Below, one piece after another: positions 37,885 through 47,436 of a stretch of 64,000 bases of DNA. Each line of letters starts with the position of its first letter. Position 1 is the stretch's first letter. Source of the stretch: Gammaproteobacteria bacterium (GTDB lineage: Bacteria; Pseudomonadota; Gammaproteobacteria; Magnimaribacterales; D2472); assembly GCA_008080945.1 (NCBI GenBank), contig VMDH01000017.1:271-64270 (forward strand). The letters are read 5' to 3'. A program made the position numbers and the translations under genes. The notes under the pieces are model-generated. The model worked only from the letters and a program-made list of their open reading frames with translations. It was not told where the DNA came from and made no database searches.

Positions 37885-37956
37885 TTTTCAATCCATTAAA
37901 TTAGTTTAGAGCTCGTTTATTCATTACAATACCTGTATAAAATTAAGATTAAAAAG

Positions 37957-39879
37957 ATGATTTCAGTCACTTTACCAGATGGAAAAATTAGAGAGCTTGA
38001 AAAACCTCTCTCTGGGAAAGATTTTGCTAAAACCATCTCAAACTCTCTTGCAAAAGAAGTTGTGGCCATGGAAAAAGATGGAGAAATGGTTGATATTTCC
38101 ACAATTATTGATGCTGATTGCTCCATTAACTTGATTAAACTTTCTGACCCTCAAGGCTTAGAGTTATTGAGACACGACTGTGCGCACGTCATGGCTGAGG
38201 CAGTTCAAGAACTTTTTCCAGGCACACAAGTAACCATTGGTCCTGCTATTGAAAATGGTTTTTATTACGATTTTTTTAGAGAAGAACCCTTTACCACAAC
38301 AGATTTGGCTGCCATTGAAAAGAAGATGCGGCAAATAATCAAAGCTAACAGACCCTTTGAGAGAGAAGAGTGGGCAAAGAGCGAAGCCATTGAATTTTTT
38401 AATGGCATAGGCGAAACATTTAAAGCAGAAATCATTGAGGATCTTGATGAAGCAACAGTCTCTATTTACAAGCAAGGTGATTGGCTTGATCTGTGCAGAG
38501 GTCCTCATCTGCCATCTACAGGAAAAATTGGAAGCGCCTTTAAGTTAATGAAGGTTGCAGGAGCTTATTGGAGAGGTAATTCTGATAATGAAATGCTTAG
38601 CAGAATATACGGCACTGCATGGCGTAATGAAAAGGAATTAGATGAACACCTTAATTTCCTAGAGGAGGCTGAGAAGAGAGATCACAGGAAGCTCGCCAAA
38701 GTGATGGATTTATTTCATTTTCAGGATGAAGCGCCTGGCATGGCTTTTTGGCACCCCAAAGGTTGGAGTATTTATGTAGCTCTCGAAAACTTCATTAGAA
38801 ATAAGCTACTACATGCAGGCTACGATGAAATTAAAACTCCAGCTGTAGTTGATCGAAAACTATGGGAAGCTTCTGGTCACTGGGAGAAATATCGAGAGCA
38901 TATGTTTATTGCCGAAATTGATGAGCAGCATGCTAATGATAAAAGGACTAATGCTCTTAAACCTATGAATTGTCCTTGCCATGTTCAAATTTTTAACCAA
39001 GGTATCACCTCTTACAAAGATCTACCAATTCGTTTTTCTGAATTTGGTTCTTGTCATAGATACGAACCATCTGGGACTATGCATGGCTTAATGAGGGTGC
39101 GTGCCTTTACTCAAGATGACGGCCATATTTTTTGTACAGAACAACAGATTGAAGATGAAACATCGCAGTTTATTTCTTTGCTTTCATCGGTATATGAAGA
39201 TTTGGGCTTCAAATCATTCGATATAAGATTATCAACCAGACCTGCAATCAGGGTAGGGGATGACTCTGTTTGGGATAGATCCGAAGCCGCTCTCGAGCAA
39301 GCAATTCAAAAGTTAAGCATTCCTTACTTGGTCCAACCAGGTGAAGGAGCTTTCTATGGTCCCAAGTTAGATTTTGTATTACAAGATGCTATTGGGAGGG
39401 AATGGCAATGTGGCACGTTCCAACTCGATTTTATTTTGCCTGAAAGGCTCAATGCAGAATATGTTAATGAAAAAGGCGAAAAAGTCAGACCGGTAATGAT
39501 ACATAGAGCTATCTTGGGCTCATTTGAGAGATTTATTGGTATTTTATTAGAAAACTACAGTGGTAAATTACCATTGTGGCTGGCACCAACTCAAATATCT
39601 ATTTTATCTGTTACTGAAGATGCTAACGACTATTGCAATAAATTAAAAGAAATATACGAGAGTGAAGGAATAAGAGTAAATTTAGATATCCGAAATGAAA
39701 AAATTGGTTATAAGATTAGAGAGCATTCTAGTCAAAAGACTCAATTAATGGCAATCATTGGAATGGATGAAGTCAATAGTAAAACTGTTTCTATTCGAGA
39801 TATTTTTACTAGTGAAACCGAAACCTTAGAGCAGTCTGAGAGTATATCCAAAGTATTAGAGCTTTGTAAGAAGCCCTAA
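37957..39879 (+). CDS. thrS: threonine--tRNA ligase
   Basis: TGS domain start ISVTLPDG, RHDCAHVMA, class II motifs (..FRHE-like CHRYEPSG, QDDGHIF) and the C-terminal anticodon-binding domain. Confidence 0.97.
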   Translation: MISVTLPDGKIRELEKPLSGKDFAKTISNSLAKEVVAMEKDGEMVDISTIIDADCSINLIKLSDPQGLELLRHDCAHVMAEAVQELFPGTQVTIGPAIENGFYYDFFREEPFTTTDLAAIEKKMRQIIKANRPFEREEWAKSEAIEFFNGIGETFKAEIIEDLDEATVSIYKQGDWLDLCRGPHLPSTGKIGSAFKLMKVAGAYWRGNSDNEMLSRIYGTAWRNEKELDEHLNFLEEAEKRDHRKLAKVMDLFHFQDEAPGMAFWHPKGWSIYVALENFIRNKLLHAGYDEIKTPAVVDRKLWEASGHWEKYREHMFIAEIDEQHANDKRTNALKPMNCPCHVQIFNQGITSYKDLPIRFSEFGSCHRYEPSGTMHGLMRVRAFTQDDGHIFCTEQQIEDETSQFISLLSSVYEDLGFKSFDIRLSTRPAIRVGDDSVWDRSEAALEQAIQKLSIPYLVQPGEGAFYGPKLDFVLQDAIGREWQCGTFQLDFILPERLNAEYVNEKGEKVRPVMIHRAILGSFERFIGILLENYSGKLPLWLAPTQISILSVTEDANDYCNKLKEIYESEGIRVNLDIRNEKIGYKIREHSSQKTQLMAIIGMDEVNSKTVSIRDIFTSETETLEQSESISKVLELCKKP

Positions 39880-40278
39880 TTACTTCCTCCAGCCTTCTCT
39901 ATCAAAGAATCTTAAATAAGAAAGTTGGTCATGCTCAGAATCATTTACAACTTTGACGAAATCACCTGACTCAACAAGTACAACATCACCAGGTGTTAGT
40001 GCATAAGAGTCCTTATGTGCAATACCACTTGATGGATCTGCGCCGTGACCTTCCTTTGAATTATTATATTCAATGACTTCCATAGTCCCTGAGCCGCTAA
40101 TAATTACATAAGCGACATCAGAGTTAATCAGCTGATGCCCAAGAGTTGATTTTCCTGGTTGAATGACAGTTTTGCTGGCGATAATTTTCTGCAGAAGATC
40201 GTTAGTCCATACAGAGTATTCGTTTGTTGTTTTAAGCGGAGAACCGCCAACTCTAAAATTTACATATTTTCTAGCCAT
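39880..40278 (-). CDS. cupin-domain protein
   Basis: 132 aa, beta-rich, G.S...H...SDVAYVI.GSG and PGD.V.V..G pattern. Its stop codon directly abuts the thrS stop. Confidence 0.55.
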   Translation of the reverse strand: MARKYVNFRVGGSPLKTTNEYSVWTNDLLQKIIASKTVIQPGKSTLGHQLINSDVAYVIISGSGTMEVIEYNNSKEGHGADPSSGIAHKDSYALTPGDVVLVESGDFVKVVNDSEHDQLSYLRFFDREGWRK

Positions 40279-40305
40279 TGGAAGATTGTAATTATTTATT
40301 AGATC

Positions 40306-40333
40306 TTTACAAATTTTTTTAAAGCAATATCAT
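40306..40333 (+). promoter_or_regulatory. candidate sigma70 promoter for the metY leader
   Basis: TTTACA (40306-40311), 16-nt spacer, TATCAT (40328-40333). The predicted start lies a few nt before the riboswitch-like element. Confidence 0.35.
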
Positions 40334-40340
40334 TTCAATA

Positions 40341-40390
40341 GCGCCGATTTGTCTGGCTTGCGGGCGCCTATAAATACAGCTAAAAAAGGT
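40341..40390 (+). promoter_or_regulatory. candidate SAM-II / SAM-V-class S-adenosylmethionine riboswitch in the metY leader
   Basis: GCGCC-GAUUUGUCUGGCUUGCG-GGCGC hairpin followed by CUAUAAAUACAGCUAAAAAAGG. The CGAUUU, GCUU and AAAU..AGCUAAAAA blocks match the conserved SAM-II/SAM-V core as I recall it. It lies upstream of a methionine-biosynthesis gene. Confidence 0.55.
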
Positions 40391-40442
40391 CCTTCCTAAT
40401 TAGTAAATGCCTAAAAATAATTAACATTAATAAGGAAAAATA

Positions 40443-41738
40443 ATGTCAAAAGAGTACAAAAACCCAGAAACAATTGGCTTGCATGCTGGCTGGAGAAAAG
40501 ATCCAACAACCAATTCCGTTGCAGTACCCATTCATCAAACAACCAGTTATCAATTTAATGATACGGACCATGCTGCGAACCTTTTTGGTCTTTCAGAGCT
40601 AGGAAATATTTACTCAAGAATTATGAATCCAACCAATGCAGTTTTAGAGGATAGAATTTCTGCTTTTGAAGGAGGAGTAGGTGCATTAGCTGTTGCATCT
40701 GGTCAAGCAGCATCAGCATATTCAATCCAAAATTTATGTAAACATGGGGATAACATAGTAGCTTCTTCGCAGTTATATGGTGGAACATATAATCAGTTTA
40801 AAAATCCATTTGCAGATATGGGCATCGAAGTAAGATTTGTTGATCCCACTGATCCAGAAAATTTTAAAAATGCTACTGATGAAAAAACTAGGGCCTATTA
40901 TGGTGAGGTTTTACCTAATCCTAGTTTCAAAGTATTACCTATTGAAGAAATTGCTAACTTGGGAAGACCTTTGGGCATTCCCTTAATAGTTGATAACACA
41001 GCGGCACCAATAATTTGCAAACCTTTTGAGCATGGAGCCACCGCATTAATCCACTCAACAACTAAATATATAGGCGGTCATGGGACCTCAATTGGAGGCA
41101 TCATCGTGGATAGTGGTTCATTTGATTGGGAGGCGTTTCCAGAAAGACAGCCTGCCTTAAATACGCCAGATCCATCTTATCATGGTGCAATTTGGACTGA
41201 GGCTGTTAAGCCTCTTGGCCCTATTGCTTATATACTTAAAGCCCGAACTACTTTACTAAGAGATATGGGTGCTGCCATGAGTCCTTTTAATGCTTTTCAA
41301 TTTATTCAGGGATCAGAAACCCTTGCTTTAAGAATGAGGGAGCATAGCAAAAATGCCTCACAAGTAGCTGAATTTCTACAACAACATCCTAAGGTTGTTA
41401 GCGTATCTCATCCTAGTGTTGCCGAGGGTATCCATAAAGAAAGAGCTAAGAAATATTTAAATGGTGGATATGGAGGCCTCCTAGGTTTTGAAATTAAAAA
41501 TGGGCTTGAGGCCGGCAAAAAATTTATAAATGCTCTTGAGATGTTTTATCATGTTGCCAATATTGGCGACTCAAGAAGTCTGGCTATTCATCCTGCCAGT
41601 ACAACTCATTCCCAACTAAGCGAAGATGAAATGCTATCTGCTGGTGTAAGCCAAGGATTTATAAGGCTTTCTATAGGGTTAGAACACATTGATGATATTA
41701 TTGCTGATTTAGAGCAAGCACTGGAGGCAGCAGGTTAA
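40443..41738 (+). CDS. metY: O-acetylhomoserine sulfhydrylase (aminocarboxypropyltransferase), PLP-dependent
   Basis: GNIYSRIMNPT and HSTTKYIGGHG (PLP-Lys) motifs, 431 aa. Confidence 0.9.
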   Translation: MSKEYKNPETIGLHAGWRKDPTTNSVAVPIHQTTSYQFNDTDHAANLFGLSELGNIYSRIMNPTNAVLEDRISAFEGGVGALAVASGQAASAYSIQNLCKHGDNIVASSQLYGGTYNQFKNPFADMGIEVRFVDPTDPENFKNATDEKTRAYYGEVLPNPSFKVLPIEEIANLGRPLGIPLIVDNTAAPIICKPFEHGATALIHSTTKYIGGHGTSIGGIIVDSGSFDWEAFPERQPALNTPDPSYHGAIWTEAVKPLGPIAYILKARTTLLRDMGAAMSPFNAFQFIQGSETLALRMREHSKNASQVAEFLQQHPKVVSVSHPSVAEGIHKERAKKYLNGGYGGLLGFEIKNGLEAGKKFINALEMFYHVANIGDSRSLAIHPASTTHSQLSEDEMLSAGVSQGFIRLSIGLEHIDDIIADLEQALEAAG

Positions 41739-41913
41739 TAGAGTCTCTCAATCTCAAGGTCAAGCTATAGCTTTCATCATAGTTGATGAAAATCCATTCT
41801 ATAGTAGGAAGAGAGTTTACAAGACCGTAGAAAATTCGGAATGTATTTATATTAATCTTGCTAAAAATAGGGCTGATGCAATTATTGGCATTCTGACATC
41901 TCTGGATGTTAGC

Positions 41914-42237
41914 GTGCTTGTTTTTATTCCAGCAGGTAAATTTTTATCTAAAGCAAATCAGATAAGATTGTTAGAATATAGCTCTAACGATAATGAATTT
42001 TGGGGCTGGTTCGCTCCCAGTAACATAGATAAAAGCAAATTTAGAATCATGGCAGAAAGATTTAATTTTACTGAAACAGGTATGTTCTTAACCAATGAAC
42101 TCTTTTTTTCAATTGGTGGAGAAGATCTTAGAGATTTTCATGACTTTAAAAAGCTCTATAGTAAGCTAAATGCCAGATTAGTTCCCCAGAAAGCCTTATT
42201 ACCTCTCTTAAATAAAAACAAACCTAAAAAACTATGA
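41914..42237 (+). CDS. hypothetical protein (minimal model; frame is open upstream to 41740 without a canonical start)
   Basis: ORF track GTG start. The upstream in-frame sequence (..QAIAFIIVDENPFY..) looks protein-like (see finding). Confidence 0.35.
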   Translation: MLVFIPAGKFLSKANQIRLLEYSSNDNEFWGWFAPSNIDKSKFRIMAERFNFTETGMFLTNELFFSIGGEDLRDFHDFKKLYSKLNARLVPQKALLPLLNKNKPKKL

Positions 42238-42815
42238 TAGCTATAAAGAATCTTACATATTCTATCAATAAGAACACATTGTTTTCAGGCTTAACTTTTG
42301 AGGGAGCCTCAGGAAATATTTTGCAGATCTTGGGCTCTAATGGATCGGGAAAAACAACCCTTTTAAAGATTTTATCTGGTATTACTGAGCCTACAAAAGG
42401 GGATTTAGAAATAATTGGCTCCCCAAAGAAGCTCTTCTTAGGACACAAGATTCCAATTAAAGATTACTTTACAAACTTGCAAAACTTTTTGTCTTTGAAT
42501 CCAGATGCATCAGAATCCAACTTTAATCAGTATTGTGAACAGGTGAATCTTTCTACTTCCAAGACATTGCTTTCATCAGCTTTATCCTTTGGACAAAAAA
42601 AGAAATTATTACTTTCCAAAATTTTTCTTAGTTCTTATGACATATTATTTCTGGACGAACCTTTTGTGGGATTAGATAGGGAAACCATTGGAATTATCAA
42701 GGACAGAATCCTTGAAATGAAAGTAAATGGGACAACAATATTCTTAACCTCTCATCAAGAAGTGCTTGATGGAGATGTAGTGATCAATTTAGATAGCGGG
42801 CTTATCACAAAATGA
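42234..42815 (+). CDS. ccmA: cytochrome c biogenesis heme-export ABC ATPase
   Basis: Walker A GSNGSGKTTLLK, signature LSFGQKKK, Walker B ILFLDEP. First gene of the ccm operon. Confidence 0.85.
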   Translation: MIAIKNLTYSINKNTLFSGLTFEGASGNILQILGSNGSGKTTLLKILSGITEPTKGDLEIIGSPKKLFLGHKIPIKDYFTNLQNFLSLNPDASESNFNQYCEQVNLSTSKTLLSSALSFGQKKKLLLSKIFLSSYDILFLDEPFVGLDRETIGIIKDRILEMKVNGTTIFLTSHQEVLDGDVVINLDSGLITK

Positions 42816-43447
42816 ATGAGTTCAAAAAGCTATTTCAAAAAACTCGAAATTGGCTAGGTCCTATTCTAATTTTCACTATGGTCATGATTGCATTTCCATT
42901 AAGTTTAAATATTTATTCTTCCGAGCTCGTTTCATCTTTTGAATCTATTTTAGTCATTTCCCTGTTGATGACAGCTTTCATCTCCACAGAGGGAATTTTT
43001 AATGAAGACTATTCAGATGGAACTTTTGAGATGTATATCAGCGAGGATGGATCAATGTTTCAATTGGTATTAGAGAAATTTTGTGCCAATTTCTTAATGG
43101 TCTCTCTCCCGATTGCTTTAGTTGGGCTATCCTTTGCCGTTGCTAATGGTGCAATTTTAGAAAATTACCTTTCTGCATTGATTGGCATATTCTTTGTGAA
43201 TACCATTCTTACCTCTATATTTGCTTTTGGAAGTTCCATAAGTTTAAACAAAGGTGCCATTCTAGGAATTATTAGTGTCTTACCCTTTTCAATGCCAGCG
43301 GTGATTCTATTTGGTCGTTTTTTGGATAATTTATCCTTGGATCACATCTCGCTCAGTTTCTTACAATTGTTAGCAGGATTATCTATTATAAGTTTTCTAA
43401 TCTTTGCATGGCTTTCATCAAAAATTATTAAATTGCATCTTGAATAA
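42812..43447 (+). CDS. ccmB: heme exporter membrane protein CcmB
   Basis: About 210 aa polytopic membrane protein between ccmA and ccmC. ATGA overlap. Confidence 0.8.
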   Translation: MNEFKKLFQKTRNWLGPILIFTMVMIAFPLSLNIYSSELVSSFESILVISLLMTAFISTEGIFNEDYSDGTFEMYISEDGSMFQLVLEKFCANFLMVSLPIALVGLSFAVANGAILENYLSALIGIFFVNTILTSIFAFGSSISLNKGAILGIISVLPFSMPAVILFGRFLDNLSLDHISLSFLQLLAGLSIISFLIFAWLSSKIIKLHLE

Positions 43448-44152
43448 ATGAAAAACTTATTACTTCCATTGATTTCTATTAAGGAATACATCTCTTTAAA
43501 TCATAAGATCTATCCTTACGCAATGATATTAGGGATTGCTTTGGTACTAGTAGGTTGGGGCATGGGCCTATTTTTTGCTCCTATTGATGCTGTCCAAGGC
43601 CATTCATACAGAATTATTTATTTGCATGTTCCAATGGCTATTTATTCTCAGCTTATATATTGGTTCATGGCTATATGGTCATTTTGTTTTTTAGTTTGGA
43701 AGATCAAAATTGGCCCTTATATGACGATTTCGGCTGCATATGTGGGCTGCATGGTAACCTTTCTAGCTTTATTTTCAGGTTCAGTATGGGGCATTCCCAC
43801 TTGGGGAACTTGGTGGCAATGGGATGCAAGAATAACATCTACTTTTATCCTGCTTATTATGTATATTGCATTACTAACAATTAATAGTTCTTTTCAAAAT
43901 ATCAATAAGGCTGATCAAATTACAGCCTGGGTCGTTCTTGTTGGAGTTATTAACATCCCGATCATTAAAAAATCTGTTGATTGGTGGTCTACATTGCATC
44001 AACCTGCATCTATTTCTTTGTCATCTGAATCTTCAATTGATTCAAGTATGCTAATACCCCTTAGCATATCTATAGTTGGAGTCGGACTTTTTTTATTTGC
44101 TCTTGGTCTTAAGGTTTCAAGATTGATGATTTTAAAGCGCGAGGAAATATAA
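43448..44152 (+). CDS. ccmC: heme exporter protein CcmC
   Basis: IIYLHVP and the WGTWWQWDAR tryptophan-rich (WWD) motif. Confidence 0.9.
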   Translation: MKNLLLPLISIKEYISLNHKIYPYAMILGIALVLVGWGMGLFFAPIDAVQGHSYRIIYLHVPMAIYSQLIYWFMAIWSFCFLVWKIKIGPYMTISAAYVGCMVTFLALFSGSVWGIPTWGTWWQWDARITSTFILLIMYIALLTINSSFQNINKADQITAWVVLVGVINIPIIKKSVDWWSTLHQPASISLSSESSIDSSMLIPLSISIVGVGLFLFALGLKVSRLMILKREEI

Positions 44153-44314
44153 GTGGAGAAATTAAAGTTACAGTTTTCATCAATATCAGATGCATTGATG
44201 ATGGATGGTCATGGTATATATGTTTGGATAGTTTATTTGGTTGCTGCTTTAATTTTGATTGCCTTTTCAGCGGTAACAGATTCTAAGTTAAAAATGGCTA
44301 AAGACTGTGAATAA
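44153..44314 (+). CDS. ccmD: heme exporter protein CcmD (small, below the ORF-track length cutoff)
   Basis: GTG directly after the ccmC stop. The 53-aa product VEKLKLQFSSISDALMMDGHGIYVWIVYLVAALILIAF.. has the CcmD pattern (F.S...F..MGG...YVW..Y). 8-nt overlap with ccmE. Confidence 0.7.
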   Translation: MEKLKLQFSSISDALMMDGHGIYVWIVYLVAALILIAFSAVTDSKLKMAKDCE

Positions 44315-44708
44315 AGTTAGAACCCAAAAGGGAGCCAAGATATTTCTTGTAATCTTCCTTGCTGCAGTTGGCGCTGCATTAATCTTATTTTCTCTTAATA
44401 ACAAGTTAGATTATTTTTATTCTCCAAAAGATCTTGAAAGCATCGAAGCGCCCAGGGGAAATTTTAAGCTTGGAGGAATGGTGCAAGTTGGCTCTATAAA
44501 ATTGAATGGCACCCAAACGTCATTCATTTTGACGGATTTTGAATCTTCTATAAAAGTTAAATACACAGGTGTTACCCCTGACTTATTTAAAGAAAATTCT
44601 GGGGCAGTAGTATATGGATATCTGGATGCAAAAGAATTCATAGCTCTTGAGCTTTATGCTAAACATGACGAGAACTACATGCCACCAGCAATGCTAAATT
44701 TAGAATGA
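44307..44708 (+). CDS. ccmE: cytochrome c-type biogenesis heme chaperone CcmE
   Basis: N-terminal TM anchor, OB-fold, C-terminal AKHDENYMPP heme-binding His motif. Confidence 0.9.
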   Translation: MNKVRTQKGAKIFLVIFLAAVGAALILFSLNNKLDYFYSPKDLESIEAPRGNFKLGGMVQVGSIKLNGTQTSFILTDFESSIKVKYTGVTPDLFKENSGAVVYGYLDAKEFIALELYAKHDENYMPPAMLNLE

Positions 44709-46588
44709 TTCCAGAATTAGCTAATTTTATATTAATCCTATCCATGAGTTTGTTCTTCGGAACTTCTTTGCTAGGTATATATGCTCGAAAAATAGAATCA
44801 GCAAGAATAATAATCAAACCACTGTTTACTAATGCTAATTTGCTGCTACTGGCCTCTTTTGCGCTCTTAATATATCTTGCTGTAACTGATAATTTTTCAG
44901 TTAAATATATTGCCTCTCATTCAAATTCATCTCTGCCAGTTTTTTATAAAATTAGCTCAATTTGGAGTGCCCACGAAGGTTCCATGTTCCTGTGGATTGT
45001 ATTGCTTGGAAGTTGGAGCTTGCTATTTGTTAGAAACAATTACAAAACAGATCTTTATATAACAGATGTTCTAATAATTTTAAGCTCAATACTTTTTTTA
45101 TTTACCGCTTTTTTAATCTTTACATCAAACCCATTAGATAGAGTATTGCCACTTTCTCCTATAGACGGAGCAGATATTAATCCCATTTTGCAAGACCCAG
45201 GATTGGCTATTCATCCCCCGATGCTTTATATGGGTTATGTTGGATTTGTCATCCCATTTGCTGCAGCGCTAGCAAATCTAACTTCTTCATCAACCCATGC
45301 TTGGGAAAAATCAGTCAAACGCTGGACACTTGCAGCATGGGCATTTTTGACAGCTGGTATAGGCCTGGGAAGTGCCTGGGCATACTACGAATTAGGTTGG
45401 GGCGGATATTGGTTTTGGGATCCAGTTGAAAATATTGCTTTGCTTCCTTGGCTTTGTGGAACGGCTTTAGTTCATGCAATGGCTGTCTCTTCTAAAACTT
45501 CTAATCTCAAAGCTTGGGTTACTTTCTTAGCAATGCTGGTTTTTATCTTAAGTCTGTTTGGAGCATTTATCGTTAGATCAGGAATCATAGATAGTGTGCA
45601 TGCTTTTGCCAGCGATCCAACAAGAGGGCTTTATTTATTAAGCCTAATCGCAGGAATATCATTATTTTCATTTGCACTATTTATTTTTAAAGGCTTCAAC
45701 TATCAAAAGAAAGTGATGCTCTTTGGAAGTAAAGAGTCGTTTATATCACTGAATAATATTCTTCTGATGACTGCTATTTTTTCAGTATTTCTAGGAGTGT
45801 TATATCCACTTATTTACGAGACTATTTTGGGTCCGAAAATAAGTGTAGGACCACCTTTCTACAATACTATTTTTGCACCAATGGTTCTGATAGCTGGATT
45901 ATTTATCGGCTCCTCTATAGATTCGCAGTGGCAGAGACCCTTCAGGTCTATAAAGCTACTCAAGTTAGCTTACTGTTTGGTATTGATAGCAATCATTCTT
46001 GCTTTTTTGTATTTCTTCTTAGGTATTTCTTTCAGCGCTATAGAGGGCATGTCATTTATTGCCGGAAGTTTTATTTTAATTACCTATACATTAAGCATCT
46101 TTAACACTGATCGTAAAAGGCGCATAGCTAATATTGGTAGTTTTGTCTCGCATTTAGGTTTTGGGCTTTTATTAATAGGGATCCCTTTAAATTCTAACCT
46201 TAGTTATGAGGAGACGGTTGCTGTTGTGATCAATGAGCCGAAGCAAACAGAGCGAAATACAATCATTCTTAATAACATTTACGAAGCGGAGGGCCCAAAC
46301 TTTTCTAGCATAATTGCTGAGGTAGAGGTAAACCCTGGCACAAACGCAGTATTACTTATGCCAGAAAAAAGAAGATATGCTAACAGAGGGCAAGTTACAT
46401 CTGAAACAGCAATAAAATCTAGTTTCTTAAGAGATATTTATATCAATTTAGGTGAGTTAAATGATCAAGATCAATGGATATTGAGATTACAATCCAATTA
46501 CTTTATTTCATTGATATGGGGTGGAATCATGATCATGCTTCTCGGTATCCTAGTATTTTTGAGGAAAATAAAACATGCAGCTGATTAA
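44705..46588 (+). CDS. ccmF: cytochrome c heme lyase subunit CcmF
   Basis: 627-aa polytopic protein with the WGGYWFWDPVEN WWD motif. Confidence 0.92.
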   Translation: MIPELANFILILSMSLFFGTSLLGIYARKIESARIIIKPLFTNANLLLLASFALLIYLAVTDNFSVKYIASHSNSSLPVFYKISSIWSAHEGSMFLWIVLLGSWSLLFVRNNYKTDLYITDVLIILSSILFLFTAFLIFTSNPLDRVLPLSPIDGADINPILQDPGLAIHPPMLYMGYVGFVIPFAAALANLTSSSTHAWEKSVKRWTLAAWAFLTAGIGLGSAWAYYELGWGGYWFWDPVENIALLPWLCGTALVHAMAVSSKTSNLKAWVTFLAMLVFILSLFGAFIVRSGIIDSVHAFASDPTRGLYLLSLIAGISLFSFALFIFKGFNYQKKVMLFGSKESFISLNNILLMTAIFSVFLGVLYPLIYETILGPKISVGPPFYNTIFAPMVLIAGLFIGSSIDSQWQRPFRSIKLLKLAYCLVLIAIILAFLYFFLGISFSAIEGMSFIAGSFILITYTLSIFNTDRKRRIANIGSFVSHLGFGLLLIGIPLNSNLSYEETVAVVINEPKQTERNTIILNNIYEAEGPNFSSIIAEVEVNPGTNAVLLMPEKRRYANRGQVTSETAIKSSFLRDIYINLGELNDQDQWILRLQSNYFISLIWGGIMIMLLGILVFLRKIKHAAD

Positions 46589-47069
46589 GATATCGAGTCT
46601 AATACTGCTTTCTATTTTCTTTGTTTTTCTGGGAGGGATTATTCTAGATGGCAATGAATCTGAATCAGTTATCTCTGGAAAACCTTTTCCAGTATTTCAG
46701 CAAAAAACTTTGGATGGAAAGGATATTTCCAATAAATATTTTTCAGATAAGACAGTGCTTGTAAATATTTGGGCAAGCTGGTGCATTACTTGTTTAGTGG
46801 AGCATCCATTTTTAGAAAGCCTTGCAGAAGATATTAATATTGTTGGGGTTAACTATAAAGACGATCCAAAAAATGCATCAGACTGGTTAACCAAACATGG
46901 TAATTTTTTTACAGTTAATATTCATGATCCTCAGGGAAATTTAGCTATTGATCTAGGTGTTACTGGAGCGCCTGAGAGCTTTCTAGTAGTTAATGGAAAA
47001 ATTGTTTCTCATATAATAGGTGAGATGAACCAAAGAAAATGGGAGCAGCACTTTGCACCTAATCTTTAA
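46575..47069 (+). CDS. ccmG: thiol:disulfide oxidoreductase CcmG/DsbE
   Basis: Membrane anchor plus thioredoxin motif WASWCITC and GVTGAPESF. Confidence 0.88.
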   Translation: MQLIKISSLILLSIFFVFLGGIILDGNESESVISGKPFPVFQQKTLDGKDISNKYFSDKTVLVNIWASWCITCLVEHPFLESLAEDINIVGVNYKDDPKNASDWLTKHGNFFTVNIHDPQGNLAIDLGVTGAPESFLVVNGKIVSHIIGEMNQRKWEQHFAPNL

Positions 47070-47436
47070 GATTATTGGGGTTACGCTATTAATGCTCCCG
47101 CAACTAGTTTTTTCTCAATCTCAAGAATTTATATTTGAGAATGAGGAAATGGAATCCCGATTTTATGCATTGACTAATGAAATACGATGCCCTAAGTGTA
47201 CTAGTGGCAGTATCGCTAGCTCCAATGCGCCGATTGCTGAAGATTTAAAAAGAAAAGTTTATGAGCAAATACTAAGCGGAAAAACTAATGATGAGATTAA
47301 AGCCTATATTGTAGATCGTTACGGAGAATTTGCTGATTATCGACCTTCTTTTGATTCATGGAATTTATTTTTGTGGTTAGGACCCGGCTTTTTTCTTTTA
47401 ATTTTTGGATATTTATTCTTTAGGCAACAAAACTAA
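47053..47436 (+). CDS. ccmH: cytochrome c-type biogenesis protein CcmH
   Basis: Signal sequence, IRCPKC (LRCxxC) motif, C-terminal TM. TTG start overlaps ccmG. Confidence 0.85.
   Translation: MHLIFKIIGVTLLMLPQLVFSQSQEFIFENEEMESRFYALTNEIRCPKCTSGSIASSNAPIAEDLKRKVYEQILSGKTNDEIKAYIVDRYGEFADYRPSFDSWNLFLWLGPGFFLLIFGYLFFRQQN

Noticed and set aside
37885-37956. Looked for a ThrRS autoregulatory operator (tRNA-Thr anticodon-arm mimic) in the thrS leader.
   Set aside because: The 72-nt AT-rich leader shows no convincing stem-loops with anticodon-like loops.
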